A stretch of 64,000 nucleotides of DNA from a virus (Duplodnaviria > Caudoviricetes), in IMG/VR virus record IMGVR_UViG_3300029297_000002, positions 5,586 through 69,585 of that record. One strand, written 5' to 3'. Below are positions 1 through 9,361 of this stretch, one piece after another. The notes under the pieces are model-generated. The model ran no database searches. It was not told the origin of the DNA and saw nothing but the letters and a program-made list of their open reading frames with translations. Both the position numbers and the translations under genes were made by a program. Numbering within the stretch: the stretch's first letter is position 1; every line of letters begins with the position of its first letter.

Positions 1-176
1 AGAATATCTTTCCATCGAAAGCGAAGTGTATCTGATGCTCGACAGGCTGTACAGAATGACAGTCGGGCATACATTTCCCAGCGATAGTCTCCGTCTTTAT
101 GAAGGCAATCCAGGAATCTTGTGAACTCATCATAAGGAAGATGGTCACTGGTTGTAATTTGATTTTTCTGTCCCAT
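1..176 (-). CDS. Tyrosine recombinase/integrase family protein, 5' part (runs off window edge)
   Basis: Not in the ORF track. Manual translation from ATG at 176 gives MGQKNQITTSDHLPYDEFTRFLDCLHKDGDYRWEMYARLSFCTACRASDTLRFRWKDI. TACRASDTLRFRWKDI resembles box I (TGxRxSExxxLxWxDI) with the catalytic Arg. Confidence 0.7.
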   Translation of the reverse strand, partial: MGQKNQITTSDHLPYDEFTRFLDCLHKDGDYRWEMYARLSFCTACRASDTLRFRWKDI

Positions 177-203
177 ATTATTTGTACTTTCATTTTTGTG
201 CTG

Positions 204-235
204 CAAAGTTACATAATGAAAATGGAAACGCCAAA
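204..235 (-). promoter_or_regulatory. Bacteroidetes sigma-A type promoter for the recombinase
   Basis: Minus strand TTTG (235-232), 20-nt spacer, TAACTTTG (211-204), matching the -33/-7 consensus TTTG-N19-21-TAnnTTTG. Confidence 0.7.
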
Positions 236-286
236 AGATTTATTATAAATCTATCCTTTTGATATAAAATTTCCAAGAAACAAGAA

Positions 287-320
287 AGCCACCGACTATT
301 TTGTGGCTTAGTCGGTGGCT
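287..320 (-). terminator. Intrinsic terminator after ligase
   Basis: 12-bp perfect inverted repeat AGCCACCGACTA/TAGTCGGTGGCT, followed on the minus strand by TTCTTGTTTCTT. Confidence 0.7.
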
Positions 321-336
321 CGTGCATCATGGTTGG

Positions 337-2331
337 TTAGAGCCGTTTGAAAGATTCAATAGTTAAAATTGGTATGCCGAGTGTTTTAGCCTTCACCGCT
401 TTGCTTGAAGACGAATTAACATCGGCTACAATCAAGTGCGTCGTATTTTTCGACACACCGCTAACTATTTCACCTCCCTGCGCAGCAATTTCTGCCTCCA
501 GTGCTTTGTCGCGAACACCGGTAAAACATACTTTCATGCCAGCATATTTGTCACCTGTTGGTTTTTGAGGCTCTTCCATCGGAAGGATTTTGAGTCTGTT
601 TTGAGCTACAAAATCATAGAATGGCACAATACCTTTCAGGAATGACTGCATGGTTTTGTTGAGAGCAAGGAATTGAGGTGTCTGCTCAAAGCCATCTTCA
701 GTAAAGATGTAGCCGTGTGCAAAGGCAAATCTGTCATTTTCGGATAGATTGGAAACGATACTTTTTGCTTTTACTTGTCCTATGCCAACAAAGCAGTCGC
801 TGGCGTGCATCAGTTTGATTACGTCCACGCCGTCACGGATTTTTTTATTTGCAGACAAGATGACGTTAGCGATTGATTCTCCAAATCCATCAATCAGCAT
901 AAGCTCATCAAAAGTGATGTCAAGGATTCGCTGGAGGGTGTTATACCCCGCCTTGAACATTTTTGATATTGTCTCTTCGCCCATTTGTTCTGCCTCTAAT
1001 GTTGTGTAGAAGTGCACGACTTTAGCAAGGCGTATGCCAGGGCATTCTGGATTGGTGCAGACAAGCTCTACTTTGGTATCATTCCATTTGGTCGGTTGTC
1101 CGCAGTCCGGACAATACAGAAGGCCATCACGCTGTTCTACCATCGTGTTAGCTGTTGCCTCTTCCATGACATCGAGTATTTTTGGAATCACGCCGCCTGA
1201 GCGAGTGACCGCAATTCGTGCACCTGGCCCAATGCTGTTTTCAAAGATATATTTTGCATTGTAGCCTGTGGGGTTCTCCATTGTGCAGTCTCCTGTATCG
1301 ACCGCATCTATATTTACGACTGGCTTCAATGCCCCGGCTTTGCTAATCTTCCAGTCGATACCTCTGACGGTAGTTTCAAATACATCTGTGAAATCTGGAT
1401 GTTTGTAGGCGATAGCATACAAAGGATTTCCTGTTGTTTGCTGGCGACCAATGGTTTTCCAAAGAAGAATGTCATCCAAATAGATAACAAGTCCATCAAT
1501 GTAGAAATCCTTGCGCCACTCTTTGAATAGCGTGGCCAACTTTGTTTCATCAAGCTCGGCCACGGTCACAACGGTGCCATAGATGTTTTGATGATATTTG
1601 TTACAAAGAGTTTGGTACAACTGGGTATAGGTGGTAAAGTTGTCCAGATCCAACTCGCTTACACCGTATCGGTAGAATGTGGTGTGCTTCAAGAGCTCGG
1701 ATGGCTCGTCACGATTGATAAAGCCGGCGACTGTGTTGCGTGGAGATTTGAATTTCTCTCCTGTAGAATCAGAAACTTTTCCTGCAAGTTCCTGTTCCCA
1801 TGTTTTGCAGTCAAACACTAACTCTCCAAAGGTATAATGGAGGTCACTGGTACCGTCTTCTTTATATGATGCAAGCAGATTGTAATGTGCTGAGCAGTTT
1901 TGCCCTTCGTTGTCTGTTCCACCACGCGAATATACTTTCCCTGCCAGTTCGTCACGCAGCCAAGATACGCCATCGAATTTTGGCATGACTACTAATTTGA
2001 CTGTTGTTGGTATTGCCATTGAAGTCAGCCATTGCTTAATCTCAGTAACCGATTTGACTTTATTCAATGACTTCATCGGAATAGGGAGTTTGACTTTGCG
2101 CCCTTTGTTAGCAGCTGCTGGTTCAATATGCTGAAACCATTCATGGTTGGGAGCGAGACGTTTGAGTTCTTCAACTAACTCGTCATAACAAGCGTCTGAT
2201 ATTTGCGGATTTCCTTGACGGTAAGCTTGGTTGTACCGTTTGATGGATTCCGCAAGACCTGTGATATATTTTTGATTATCCATTGCTGATGAATTTGAGA
2301 AAAAAGATTGCATCAGAGTTGACACAACCAT
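337..2331 (-). CDS. ligA: NAD-dependent DNA ligase
   Basis: Domain Ia YRQGNPQISDACYD, adenylation motif KFDG, SPRNTVAG, DGLVI, OB fold (RSGGVIPKI), Zn finger CPDC..CTNPEC, HhH, C-terminal BRCT (VCFTG..VSKNTTHLI). The real start may be ATG at 2283. Confidence 0.95.
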   Translation of the reverse strand: MVVSTLMQSFFSNSSAMDNQKYITGLAESIKRYNQAYRQGNPQISDACYDELVEELKRLAPNHEWFQHIEPAAANKGRKVKLPIPMKSLNKVKSVTEIKQWLTSMAIPTTVKLVVMPKFDGVSWLRDELAGKVYSRGGTDNEGQNCSAHYNLLASYKEDGTSDLHYTFGELVFDCKTWEQELAGKVSDSTGEKFKSPRNTVAGFINRDEPSELLKHTTFYRYGVSELDLDNFTTYTQLYQTLCNKYHQNIYGTVVTVAELDETKLATLFKEWRKDFYIDGLVIYLDDILLWKTIGRQQTTGNPLYAIAYKHPDFTDVFETTVRGIDWKISKAGALKPVVNIDAVDTGDCTMENPTGYNAKYIFENSIGPGARIAVTRSGGVIPKILDVMEEATANTMVEQRDGLLYCPDCGQPTKWNDTKVELVCTNPECPGIRLAKVVHFYTTLEAEQMGEETISKMFKAGYNTLQRILDITFDELMLIDGFGESIANVILSANKKIRDGVDVIKLMHASDCFVGIGQVKAKSIVSNLSENDRFAFAHGYIFTEDGFEQTPQFLALNKTMQSFLKGIVPFYDFVAQNRLKILPMEEPQKPTGDKYAGMKVCFTGVRDKALEAEIAAQGGEIVSGVSKNTTHLIVADVNSSSSKAVKAKTLGIPILTIESFKRL

Positions 2332-2337
2332 TTTGAA

Positions 2338-2553
2338 TTATCGAATAGTTCCTTGAACTTCTACTGGTACAAATAGTTCTTCAAACTCTTCTTTCTGGCG
2401 AAAGAAAATCTCGTTTATGTTTTCTGCTTCATCATCAGCTCTTGCATAGCCGATGGCATCGTACCATTTGCGAGACTCAACGCTTTTGAATTTTGCTTTC
2501 TCGATCACGATGTGATAGAGATGTCCTTTGTAGAAATATAATGGCTTCATCAT
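2338..2553 (-). CDS. Small hypothetical protein (weak DUF1653-like appearance)
   Basis: 71-aa ORF overlapping the dut stop; YKGHLY and FFRQKEEFEELF pattern. Confidence 0.55.
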   Translation of the reverse strand: MMKPLYFYKGHLYHIVIEKAKFKSVESRKWYDAIGYARADDEAENINEIFFRQKEEFEELFVPVEVQGTIR

Positions 2554-2993
2554 TTCACACCTGTTGAGTTGAATCCACCTTCACCACGATCTGTTGAGTT
2601 GAGCGTATCAGTCTCTTCCCATTCAATCTTCACGTATTCTTTGGCGACAATCTGACAGATGCGGTCGCCGTTGTTTACAACGAATGGTTCTGTGCCGAGG
2701 TTGTGGACAATAGCTCCCACATCGCCACGATAATCCGCATCCACCGTGCCAGGAGCGTTTGTCAACGTGATGCCGTGTTTGAGAGCCAAGCCGGAGCGAG
2801 GACGGACTTGCAGTTCGTAACCTTCGGGCAGCTGGATATTGATTCCGGAATGAACCAGTTTACGCTCACCAGGCATAATGGTGATGGGGCTGTCGGTAAA
2901 TGCACGGAGGTCCATGCCGGCGGACATAATGGTTGCATACTGGGGTAACTCGTTATTCGAGTGATTGATAACTTTTACTTTGATGGTTTTCAT
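2550..2993 (-). CDS. dut: Trimeric dUTPase
   Basis: All five motifs present: SAGMDL, RPRSGLA, GTVDADYRG, GDRICQ, RGEGGFNSTG. Confidence 0.97.
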   Translation of the reverse strand: MKTIKVKVINHSNNELPQYATIMSAGMDLRAFTDSPITIMPGERKLVHSGINIQLPEGYELQVRPRSGLALKHGITLTNAPGTVDADYRGDVGAIVHNLGTEPFVVNNGDRICQIVAKEYVKIEWEETDTLNSTDRGEGGFNSTGVK

Positions 2994-2999
2994 TTCTTA

Positions 3000-3332
3000 T
3001 TACTTTTTAGAATCTTGTTTGTATTCTGTTCCTTTACGAGACATGTCAGCGGTAGGGTAATATTTACGTGTAACCCCGCACATTGAATCATAATCTTCCA
3101 ATTTGAGCGTTCCATAGTCTCCGCTTTCTATCTCAATATCTTCAGCAAGATAGCGGAAGTATTGTCCGCAGCAGGAGATACAAGGCCCAATACATGCTAA
3201 ATGAAGCGACGACCTTGAAACTTTGAATGAAGCTGCGGCTGCGGTGAGCGAATGGTAGTAGCCGACAAATCTTTTAAGTGGGTTAAAGACCAACACAGGT
3301 TTGCCAGTCTTGTTATTCAGATTTTTCTTCAT
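3000..3332 (-). CDS. Hypothetical protein with NUMOD1-like HTH
   Basis: KPVLVF..FVGYYHSLTAAAASFKVSRSSLHLAC resembles the NUMOD1 DNA-binding module. Confidence 0.5.
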   Translation of the reverse strand: MKKNLNNKTGKPVLVFNPLKRFVGYYHSLTAAAASFKVSRSSLHLACIGPCISCCGQYFRYLAEDIEIESGDYGTLKLEDYDSMCGVTRKYYPTADMSRKGTEYKQDSKK

Positions 3333-3768
3333 AGCTACTTATCGTGGAAAGGACCTTAGGCGATAAGCGGGCTCTCGCGGATGATACCAGATACGTGTCT
3401 GATACCGCTACCCCATGTGCGAATAGTTCAAAGGTTCTATCACACATATACGCCAGAAAGTCAGGTTCGACAAATGCTATGAACAGGAACATAAATGCTC
3501 CATCAATTAGATAATGCCCTTCTTCGTTTATAAGACACACTTGGTCATCTCCTATTTCATAAGTATCGCACAGAGCTTTAATTTGGTAACGATAATGGTT
3601 GAAGAATGGCTGGATGGGCTGCGGTTCTGCCATCTTAGACAGATAGCGTGTAGCGTCAAAGTACGAGTGCCCAGATTCGTTTTGACCAAAGAGCAAGTTT
3701 GGAAATTCAGGAAAGGATTGCTCTTTACACTGAAGTTTGATTTCGCCTTTCCCTGCTTGCCCCAGCAT
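3313..3768 (-). CDS. Hypothetical protein (possible KilA-N-like DNA-binding fold)
   Basis: 151-aa ORF in a tightly coupled operon; the YFDATRYL motif is weakly KilA-N-like. Confidence 0.5.
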   Translation of the reverse strand: MLGQAGKGEIKLQCKEQSFPEFPNLLFGQNESGHSYFDATRYLSKMAEPQPIQPFFNHYRYQIKALCDTYEIGDDQVCLINEEGHYLIDGAFMFLFIAFVEPDFLAYMCDRTFELFAHGVAVSDTYLVSSARARLSPKVLSTISSYEEKSE

Positions 3769-4313
3769 TAGCTAAGAGCGAAATTCTCAACCTTATTCTT
3801 ATGTACGTCAAGGGGCCAATAAATAGCTTCTGCCTTGTCAAATTTTGTGTCTCGGATTACAAAGTCAGACATTGTTTTTCCAAGATGCTTGTTGATTTTT
3901 TCATTTGCGTCCGCATTGGACAGTGCCGGCACATAAAAGTCTTCGACGGTTTTCTTTTCCTTGCCAGATTTTTCATCGATAGTCAAGAACATTACTTTGA
4001 CCATGTAAAGACCAACACCTGTAGTTTCGTCCTCTTCAAAGAAATTACAGCAAAAATCCTTTACTGATTCCTCCTGAGCGAGGGTGTCGTTAAACAACAC
4101 GTCTGAAATCTTGGTTTTGATGATTTCGTAATTAACGCTTCCGAATTGAGTGCGGTTCAAAGAAGAGATGATTTCATTTACCAGCATTTCAGCTTCCGTA
4201 TAGCTTGTTGCCAGTATCAGTTCCTCAATCTTCTTTTTCGCCAAAGCACCATTGGAAAGCTCGACCGTACATTCCGTTTTTATCCGGAAATAGCTAAGTG
4301 CTTTTTCTTCCAT
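3768..4313 (-). CDS. DUF4494-like Bacteroidetes protein
   Basis: Duplicated pattern NGALAKKKIEELILATSYTEAE / SGKEKKTVEDFYVPALSNADA. Confidence 0.6.
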   Translation of the reverse strand: MEEKALSYFRIKTECTVELSNGALAKKKIEELILATSYTEAEMLVNEIISSLNRTQFGSVNYEIIKTKISDVLFNDTLAQEESVKDFCCNFFEEDETTGVGLYMVKVMFLTIDEKSGKEKKTVEDFYVPALSNADANEKINKHLGKTMSDFVIRDTKFDKAEAIYWPLDVHKNKVENFALS

Positions 4314-4350
4314 AATGATTTGAATTGAAGTGAAACTTAATTTGACTCTG

Positions 4351-4358
4351 CAAAGATA
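4351..4358 (-). promoter_or_regulatory. Bacteroidetes -7 promoter element for the leftward operon
   Basis: TATCTTTG on the minus strand, about 38 nt upstream of the ATG at 4313, in an AT-rich divergent intergenic region. Confidence 0.65.
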
Positions 4359-4530
4359 TATAAAATTTTCAATATAACAATAATAAAAACCATCTTTTTA
4401 GCATACTTTATTTTTGTAACAATTGATATATAGCATATTATGTGTTTAATTGGAAACAAAAATAGTTTTATTGACTATTTATTTCAGATAATTATGTGTC
4501 AGGTCTTAAAACAAAACAGCCTGAGAATAT

Positions 4531-4538
4531 CTATTCTT
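4531..4538 (+). promoter_or_regulatory. Putative late promoter motif CTATTCTT (copy 1, portal)
   Basis: Same motif at 8051, 13503, 35476 and (as CTATTCTA) 12820, each in an intergenic gap before a structural gene. Confidence 0.55.
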
Positions 4539-4560
4539 CAGAAAGTAAACATTGTAACAA

Positions 4561-5892
4561 ATGGCTAACGCAGAATTATCAGATAAAGAGCTCGTCACGC
4601 AAAAGCTGGAAAGCATATTTATGACCAGCAAAAAAAGCGTGCAGGAGTATGTTAGGGAAATCGAGCGCAGATGTCGATTCCAATCTTCATATCGTCACCT
4701 ACAGAACGGTACGGTGTTGGATGACCGTGGCCGTTTGATAGACATTTATGATGCTTGTGTTCAGCAAGACGCTCATCTGCGGGGTGTTATGGAAACTTTG
4801 TTCTCTCAGATTGTTGGAGAGCGGTTTATGATGGCAAGTCAAAATGAGAAAGGGAAATATACCAAAGACATAGCTGCTACCAGAAAAATCCAGAATACTG
4901 AATTTTTGAAGATTATACGTGGTATAGCAGAATCAAAACTATATGGCTATACAGGATTAGAGTTTTTGGTTAATCCAGAAGCAGAACGCGGTGGTCTTCA
5001 TGTCAACTACGTGGAACGTCGTAATATCTTGGCAGACCAAAGAAAAATTGTGCAGCGTCAGGGTATTTGGATGCCACAGTGGAGTTTTGATGACCCTAAA
5101 TATTCTGACCACTATGTACTTATTAACAGTGGTGAATTGGGGCTGTTCTCGGCTGTCGCTCCTTTGATTTTGGCTAAAAAATTCACTTTTGCCAATTATG
5201 TCAACTTTTCTCACACATACGGTCAGCCTATTATTCATGGCAAAACTGAGTCTGAAAACACTGTTGACCGCAAACGAATGGCGAATGATATTGCGAGTGC
5301 GGCTCAAAATAAGGTAATTGTTACCGGTCTTAATGATGAGGTTGACATAAAAACATTCACTATGTCGAACTCTGAGCATGTGTTCACTGGGCTTATTTCA
5401 ATTGTGGATAAAGATGTCTCCAACCTTATTCTTGGATCAGAGTCTATGGCGGGAGCAACCCAGTCGTATGTAGGCGCAACCAGAGCACATGAGAATATCT
5501 TCAGAGACCGCATAGAGGTGTATCGCGATTACATAGAACTTGTAATGAACGAGACCGTAATACCTCGTTTGGTTCGTTTGGGCTATTTACCGGATGGACT
5601 GGAGTTCAAATATTCTAAGCGCATTGAGATGTCCGATGAAGACCGCATACGCCTCTTTCAGAACCTCACTACATCATGGGAAATGGATCCAGAAACAATT
5701 GAGCAAGAGTTTGGTGTGAAGGTTAAACGACAGCTCAACGTGATGGACGGCATGGCTGGTAGCCCGACTGGTGGTGGGGGTGACGCGGGGTATAGCCGTA
5801 CAGCTACCAGACATTTAACCGATGAAGAATATTTTCGCAGATACGGTCATGCCCGTGAAACGCAAAATTTTCTTCGGGAGAGGGGGAAATAG
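4561..5892 (+). CDS. Portal protein (DUF935/Mu gp29-like)
   Basis: QDAHLRG, ESKLYGYT, FSHTYGQP..GK, VSNLILG, ETVIPRLVRLG; first gene of the head cluster, followed by gpF. Confidence 0.85.
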   Translation: MANAELSDKELVTQKLESIFMTSKKSVQEYVREIERRCRFQSSYRHLQNGTVLDDRGRLIDIYDACVQQDAHLRGVMETLFSQIVGERFMMASQNEKGKYTKDIAATRKIQNTEFLKIIRGIAESKLYGYTGLEFLVNPEAERGGLHVNYVERRNILADQRKIVQRQGIWMPQWSFDDPKYSDHYVLINSGELGLFSAVAPLILAKKFTFANYVNFSHTYGQPIIHGKTESENTVDRKRMANDIASAAQNKVIVTGLNDEVDIKTFTMSNSEHVFTGLISIVDKDVSNLILGSESMAGATQSYVGATRAHENIFRDRIEVYRDYIELVMNETVIPRLVRLGYLPDGLEFKYSKRIEMSDEDRIRLFQNLTTSWEMDPETIEQEFGVKVKRQLNVMDGMAGSPTGGGGDAGYSRTATRHLTDEEYFRRYGHARETQNFLRERGK

Positions 5893-5909
5893 GTCCGGCC
5901 CCCCTCTCC
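5865..5909 (+). promoter_or_regulatory. Putative programmed -1 ribosomal frameshift signal (portal to gpF)
   Basis: In-frame heptamer A AAT TTT (5865-5871), 5-nt spacer, then a perfect 10-bp stem GGAGAGGGGG (5877-5886)/CCCCCTCTCC (5900-5909). The -1 frame is the gpF frame, open from 5859 to 6782. Confidence 0.7.
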
Positions 5910-5963
5910 AATGTAGTAGCCTTACGACAACCTGATGACAACAAGGACCGGCACGAAGAGGAA

Positions 5964-6782
5964 GTGGCAATACTTATTCCTCTATTCCACGATTTCGTCA
6001 TTAGTGTTATCCAACATGAGGATGAATGGGGGTCCTTAGAGGCGTTGATGGAAGCTCGTGCTGATATTGCCATTAGAAGAGCGTGTGCCGGTTTTGGGGT
6101 TGACTTTGAGGAAGCGTTACGTCTCATACGCAATGCTGACGGTCTTGACAATGAGCAAATAGCTCAGCGGAATATCATTTTGTCCGCAGTTGATAACCTG
6201 GTTGACTTTGCGGTTGTGGAAGAATATCACATGGCTGATGATATGGCAGAGTTAGAAGAAGCACTAACGGAAGAGGAAGCAGAAGATGTGGAAGATGAAG
6301 ATTGGTTCAATTTCTATCTGCCAGTCTTTTCTAAATTCCATGACCAATACATGCGTACAGAAAACATGGACATAGAATATGCCATGATTGTCGCTGCCTA
6401 TTTATCGACGATTAGAAACGACACGACTCTAATGTACATGACGCAAGGTGATGAGCGAGTACGTCCGTGGCATCTTCAGTATGAAGGATTTACTGCTCCT
6501 AAGTCAATGTTTCCAGCATGGCTTATTCCCCCTATTGAACATAATTGTCGCTGTTATTTGGTAGAAGACACGTCAACAGTTATAGCTTCTATTCAAGCAT
6601 CTGCGATACCAGAGATGCCTGATTGGTTTAATCGTACATTCAAAGAAAGCGTGGCTCTTGGTGGTCGCATTTTCTCTGATGAGCACCCATATTTTCAAGT
6701 TGATGAGCGGCATGTTGGCCGTCTCAATGCCATAGCAAATCGTCTCAAAGCAAAGTATTTGAAAGATGGCGAATGTGAATAA
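5964..6782 (+). CDS. Minor head morphogenesis protein (Mu gpF/SPP1 gp7 family), possibly made as a portal fusion
   Basis: YMTQGDERVRPWH and PPIEHNCRCY motifs. Only a GTG start is available at 5964, and the frame is open back to 5859. Confidence 0.85.
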   Translation: MAILIPLFHDFVISVIQHEDEWGSLEALMEARADIAIRRACAGFGVDFEEALRLIRNADGLDNEQIAQRNIILSAVDNLVDFAVVEEYHMADDMAELEEALTEEEAEDVEDEDWFNFYLPVFSKFHDQYMRTENMDIEYAMIVAAYLSTIRNDTTLMYMTQGDERVRPWHLQYEGFTAPKSMFPAWLIPPIEHNCRCYLVEDTSTVIASIQASAIPEMPDWFNRTFKESVALGGRIFSDEHPYFQVDERHVGRLNAIANRLKAKYLKDGECE

Positions 6783-7299
6783 AGGCATACCATTGATGCC
6801 ACAGCAATTTCGTGAGCAATGGGAACCGCTGCCTCACTTGTTTGACTTGAACCTTTGGAACTTTCAAGTGTCGGTAGGACAGTCTGCCGTTGATATTTTC
6901 CAAAAGTCCTTTGATATGAAACGCTTCAATACAAGAGGCAGCGTGGTTTGGAGGCATAGCCCTAAACGTAATAAAGGAGGCTTCACTGTTGGTGGACTGG
7001 TGGAATCTCGGTCATTGCGAAATTCTATCGCCTATGAAACAGAATCCTACAATCGCTCCAGAGGAAAAGTTAAAGTTTTCACTGACCCGAAGGCGTTTAA
7101 CGGGACTTACAATCATAAAGGGTTTTGTTTTGCAGCAGTGCACAACTCTGACGACCCATCTGTACGCACTGGTCGGGTAGCCAATATGCCTCAACGACAA
7201 TTCATGCCAACAGAGAAGCGTGACTCGTCTGTGATGAACGACAAATTGAGAGAGTTAGAAAGAATCATTTTTAGAACATTCCCAGGTGTAAGACGATGA
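6766..7299 (+). CDS. Virion morphogenesis protein (Mu gpG-like neck/tail completion)
   Basis: LVESRSLRNSI, FAAVHN, NMPQRQFM motifs. Confidence 0.7.
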   Translation: MANVNKGIPLMPQQFREQWEPLPHLFDLNLWNFQVSVGQSAVDIFQKSFDMKRFNTRGSVVWRHSPKRNKGGFTVGGLVESRSLRNSIAYETESYNRSRGKVKVFTDPKAFNGTYNHKGFCFAAVHNSDDPSVRTGRVANMPQRQFMPTEKRDSSVMNDKLRELERIIFRTFPGVRR

Positions 7300-8024
7300 T
7301 AATTGATAAGCATAAACCAACACACCCTACAGAGCCAGAAGAGGTACCTGTGGTGCCGGAGCCTGAAATTGACGAAGTTCAGGAAGTCGTGGAGACCAAC
7401 CCGATGATTGAAGCGTACAAGGCTGTAAGAAAAATTTTAGAGTCTATTCCAAAGGATCCTAAAAACCCTAAAAGTCCTCGATTGTTCAAAACTATCAAAT
7501 TGGACAATGGCCAGTTGAATCGAATTAAATATAATACGCATAATAAGGAATACGGGCTCGTGTTCCCGGCGGTGTTTATACATTTTATCAATATTTATTA
7601 CAATGTTGGTACCTCCAGCATTGCTGAGGGTAAAGGCACTATGCGTATTCATTATGTGTTGAATCGTCTCAACAACAGTGATGATGAAGTGGAGTGTGAA
7701 GGTATGGAAGTTTATAAGCGTATAGTGTCTGCTATAGAAGCGCAGAAAGCCAATTTCCCGGCACTTGTGTCAAGGTTTCAGTTGGAGTATTGGGATCAGC
7801 CATTGACTTTCGATGATGCTTTACAGCCCTATTGGATTGATTATCAAATCTGGTTTCAAGACTTTACTTCATACGCTTATAAGAATTACCAGGATGTGTA
7901 TGTTACGGTGCCGCCGTTCACTCAGCCAAGCGACCAAAATGAGATTGCCAACCCCGATCATCTTCCAAATCACGAATATCCGAAGTTTGAAGACATTGCA
8001 GGATTCAAAGATAAAAAAGAGTGA
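7296..8024 (+). CDS. Putative tail terminator/completion protein
   Basis: FPAVFIHF motif, position in the head-neck cluster, ATGA coupling. Confidence 0.45.
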   Translation: MIIDKHKPTHPTEPEEVPVVPEPEIDEVQEVVETNPMIEAYKAVRKILESIPKDPKNPKSPRLFKTIKLDNGQLNRIKYNTHNKEYGLVFPAVFIHFINIYYNVGTSSIAEGKGTMRIHYVLNRLNNSDDEVECEGMEVYKRIVSAIEAQKANFPALVSRFQLEYWDQPLTFDDALQPYWIDYQIWFQDFTSYAYKNYQDVYVTVPPFTQPSDQNEIANPDHLPNHEYPKFEDIAGFKDKKE

Positions 8025-8050
8025 TTTCACCCTACTCAAATTGCAATCCT

Positions 8051-8058
8051 CTATTCTT
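8051..8058 (+). promoter_or_regulatory. Putative late promoter motif CTATTCTT (copy 2, protease/capsid)
   Basis: Starts 27 nt before ATG 8078; TTTCAC ends 20 nt upstream, as at copy 3. Confidence 0.55.
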
Positions 8059-8077
8059 GGAAAAAGAGTAATCAATT

Positions 8078-9343
8078 ATGGATGCAGAAAATTTGAAATA
8101 TGTAGTTGGAAAGGCTGAGGAAGGCCAACCGGCTATCATTCGCTTTTTTTCAGCCGTAGATGAGTACAGTGTTCGCTGCTTCAATGATGAGTTCTTGTGG
8201 TTGCAAGACTATGTGAAACCTTCAAAGATTATTGTGATGATCAATTCTGAAGGAGGCTCAGTGTTGTACGGAATGAGCACGTTCTCAGTTATTCGCTCTT
8301 GTCCTATTGAAGTCGATTGTGTAATAGAAGGCATTGCAGCTTCGATGGCCAGCGTTATCTGGGCTGCTGGTGATAACCTTTATATGCACGATTATTCATT
8401 GTTGATGATTCACAATCCTTTCAATTCAAAGGTTGAGGATGATGACCCATCGGTAAAGCAAACCGTTGAAGCTTTCCGCTCACAATTGGAAACTATTTAT
8501 ACTAAACGGTTTGGACTTTCCAAAGACAAGGTTGCGGAAATTATGAACGGCGAGGGAGATGCGGACGGTACTTTCTTCAGTGCTAAAGATGCTGTGAAAG
8601 CTGGATTCCTGCCGTCAGAGAATGTCATCAAGACCTCTAAAAAGGTGCGTGACAAAGTGAAAAACGAGATGATAGGCATTGATAGCGCAGCTGAAATGCG
8701 CAATATCATGTCTGCCGTATCTGCTGAAGTGGACGAAAATAAACTTATCGAGGCAATTACTGCTATTCGTAATCAGAAAGATAATTATTCACCAATCCAA
8801 GAAAACAAAATGGAAAACAACGAAAAAAACAATTTCGACGCCATTTCAGCACAACTTGGACTCGCTAAGGACACTCAGGCCGCAGCGATTGAAGCTCGCA
8901 TTGCTGAGTTGATCAATGCAGAAGCAACACTCAAGGAAACTCAGGGTGAGCTTACTGCCACGAAGATCAAACTCGAAGGCAAGGAAGCCGACCTCGCTAA
9001 CGTCAAAAGCGAACTGACCGAGACTAAGGCAGCGCTTCAGGCGTACAAGGATGCAGAACAAGCTGCTCTCAAAGCCGAGATTGCAACGGTTATCGATGAT
9101 GCAATCAAGGCAGGTAAAATTGAGGCTTCTGCAAAAGATGCTTGGACAAAGATGGCTGAGTCTGACTTTGCCACTGTCAAGAGCACTCTTGCATCAATCC
9201 AGGCTCGTGAAGTAATCACAGAGGTAATCGCTAAAGACCCTGCGAATGAAGGCAAAATCGAGGAGACGTTGAAAGACGTTGATGCTCAGATGCAAGCCAA
9301 AATCAAGGAGAAACTTGGCGAGGTAAAATTTGAAACATTTTAA
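8078..9343 (+). CDS. ClpP-family prohead protease fused to coiled-coil scaffold
   Basis: INSEGGSV, GIAASMASVI (catalytic Ser), LMIHNP (His), FSAKDAVKAGF; Ala/Glu/Lys-rich helical C-terminal half. Confidence 0.9.
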   Translation: MDAENLKYVVGKAEEGQPAIIRFFSAVDEYSVRCFNDEFLWLQDYVKPSKIIVMINSEGGSVLYGMSTFSVIRSCPIEVDCVIEGIAASMASVIWAAGDNLYMHDYSLLMIHNPFNSKVEDDDPSVKQTVEAFRSQLETIYTKRFGLSKDKVAEIMNGEGDADGTFFSAKDAVKAGFLPSENVIKTSKKVRDKVKNEMIGIDSAAEMRNIMSAVSAEVDENKLIEAITAIRNQKDNYSPIQENKMENNEKNNFDAISAQLGLAKDTQAAAIEARIAELINAEATLKETQGELTATKIKLEGKEADLANVKSELTETKAALQAYKDAEQAALKAEIATVIDDAIKAGKIEASAKDAWTKMAESDFATVKSTLASIQAREVITEVIAKDPANEGKIEETLKDVDAQMQAKIKEKLGEVKFETF

Positions 9344-9361
9344 TCTCCCTACGTTATAACA

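Noticed and set aside
5883-5889. GGGGAAA as the portal slippery site
   Set aside because: In the portal frame it reads G GGG AAA, which is not X XXY YYZ, and it lies inside the hairpin. The upstream A AAT TTT fits better.
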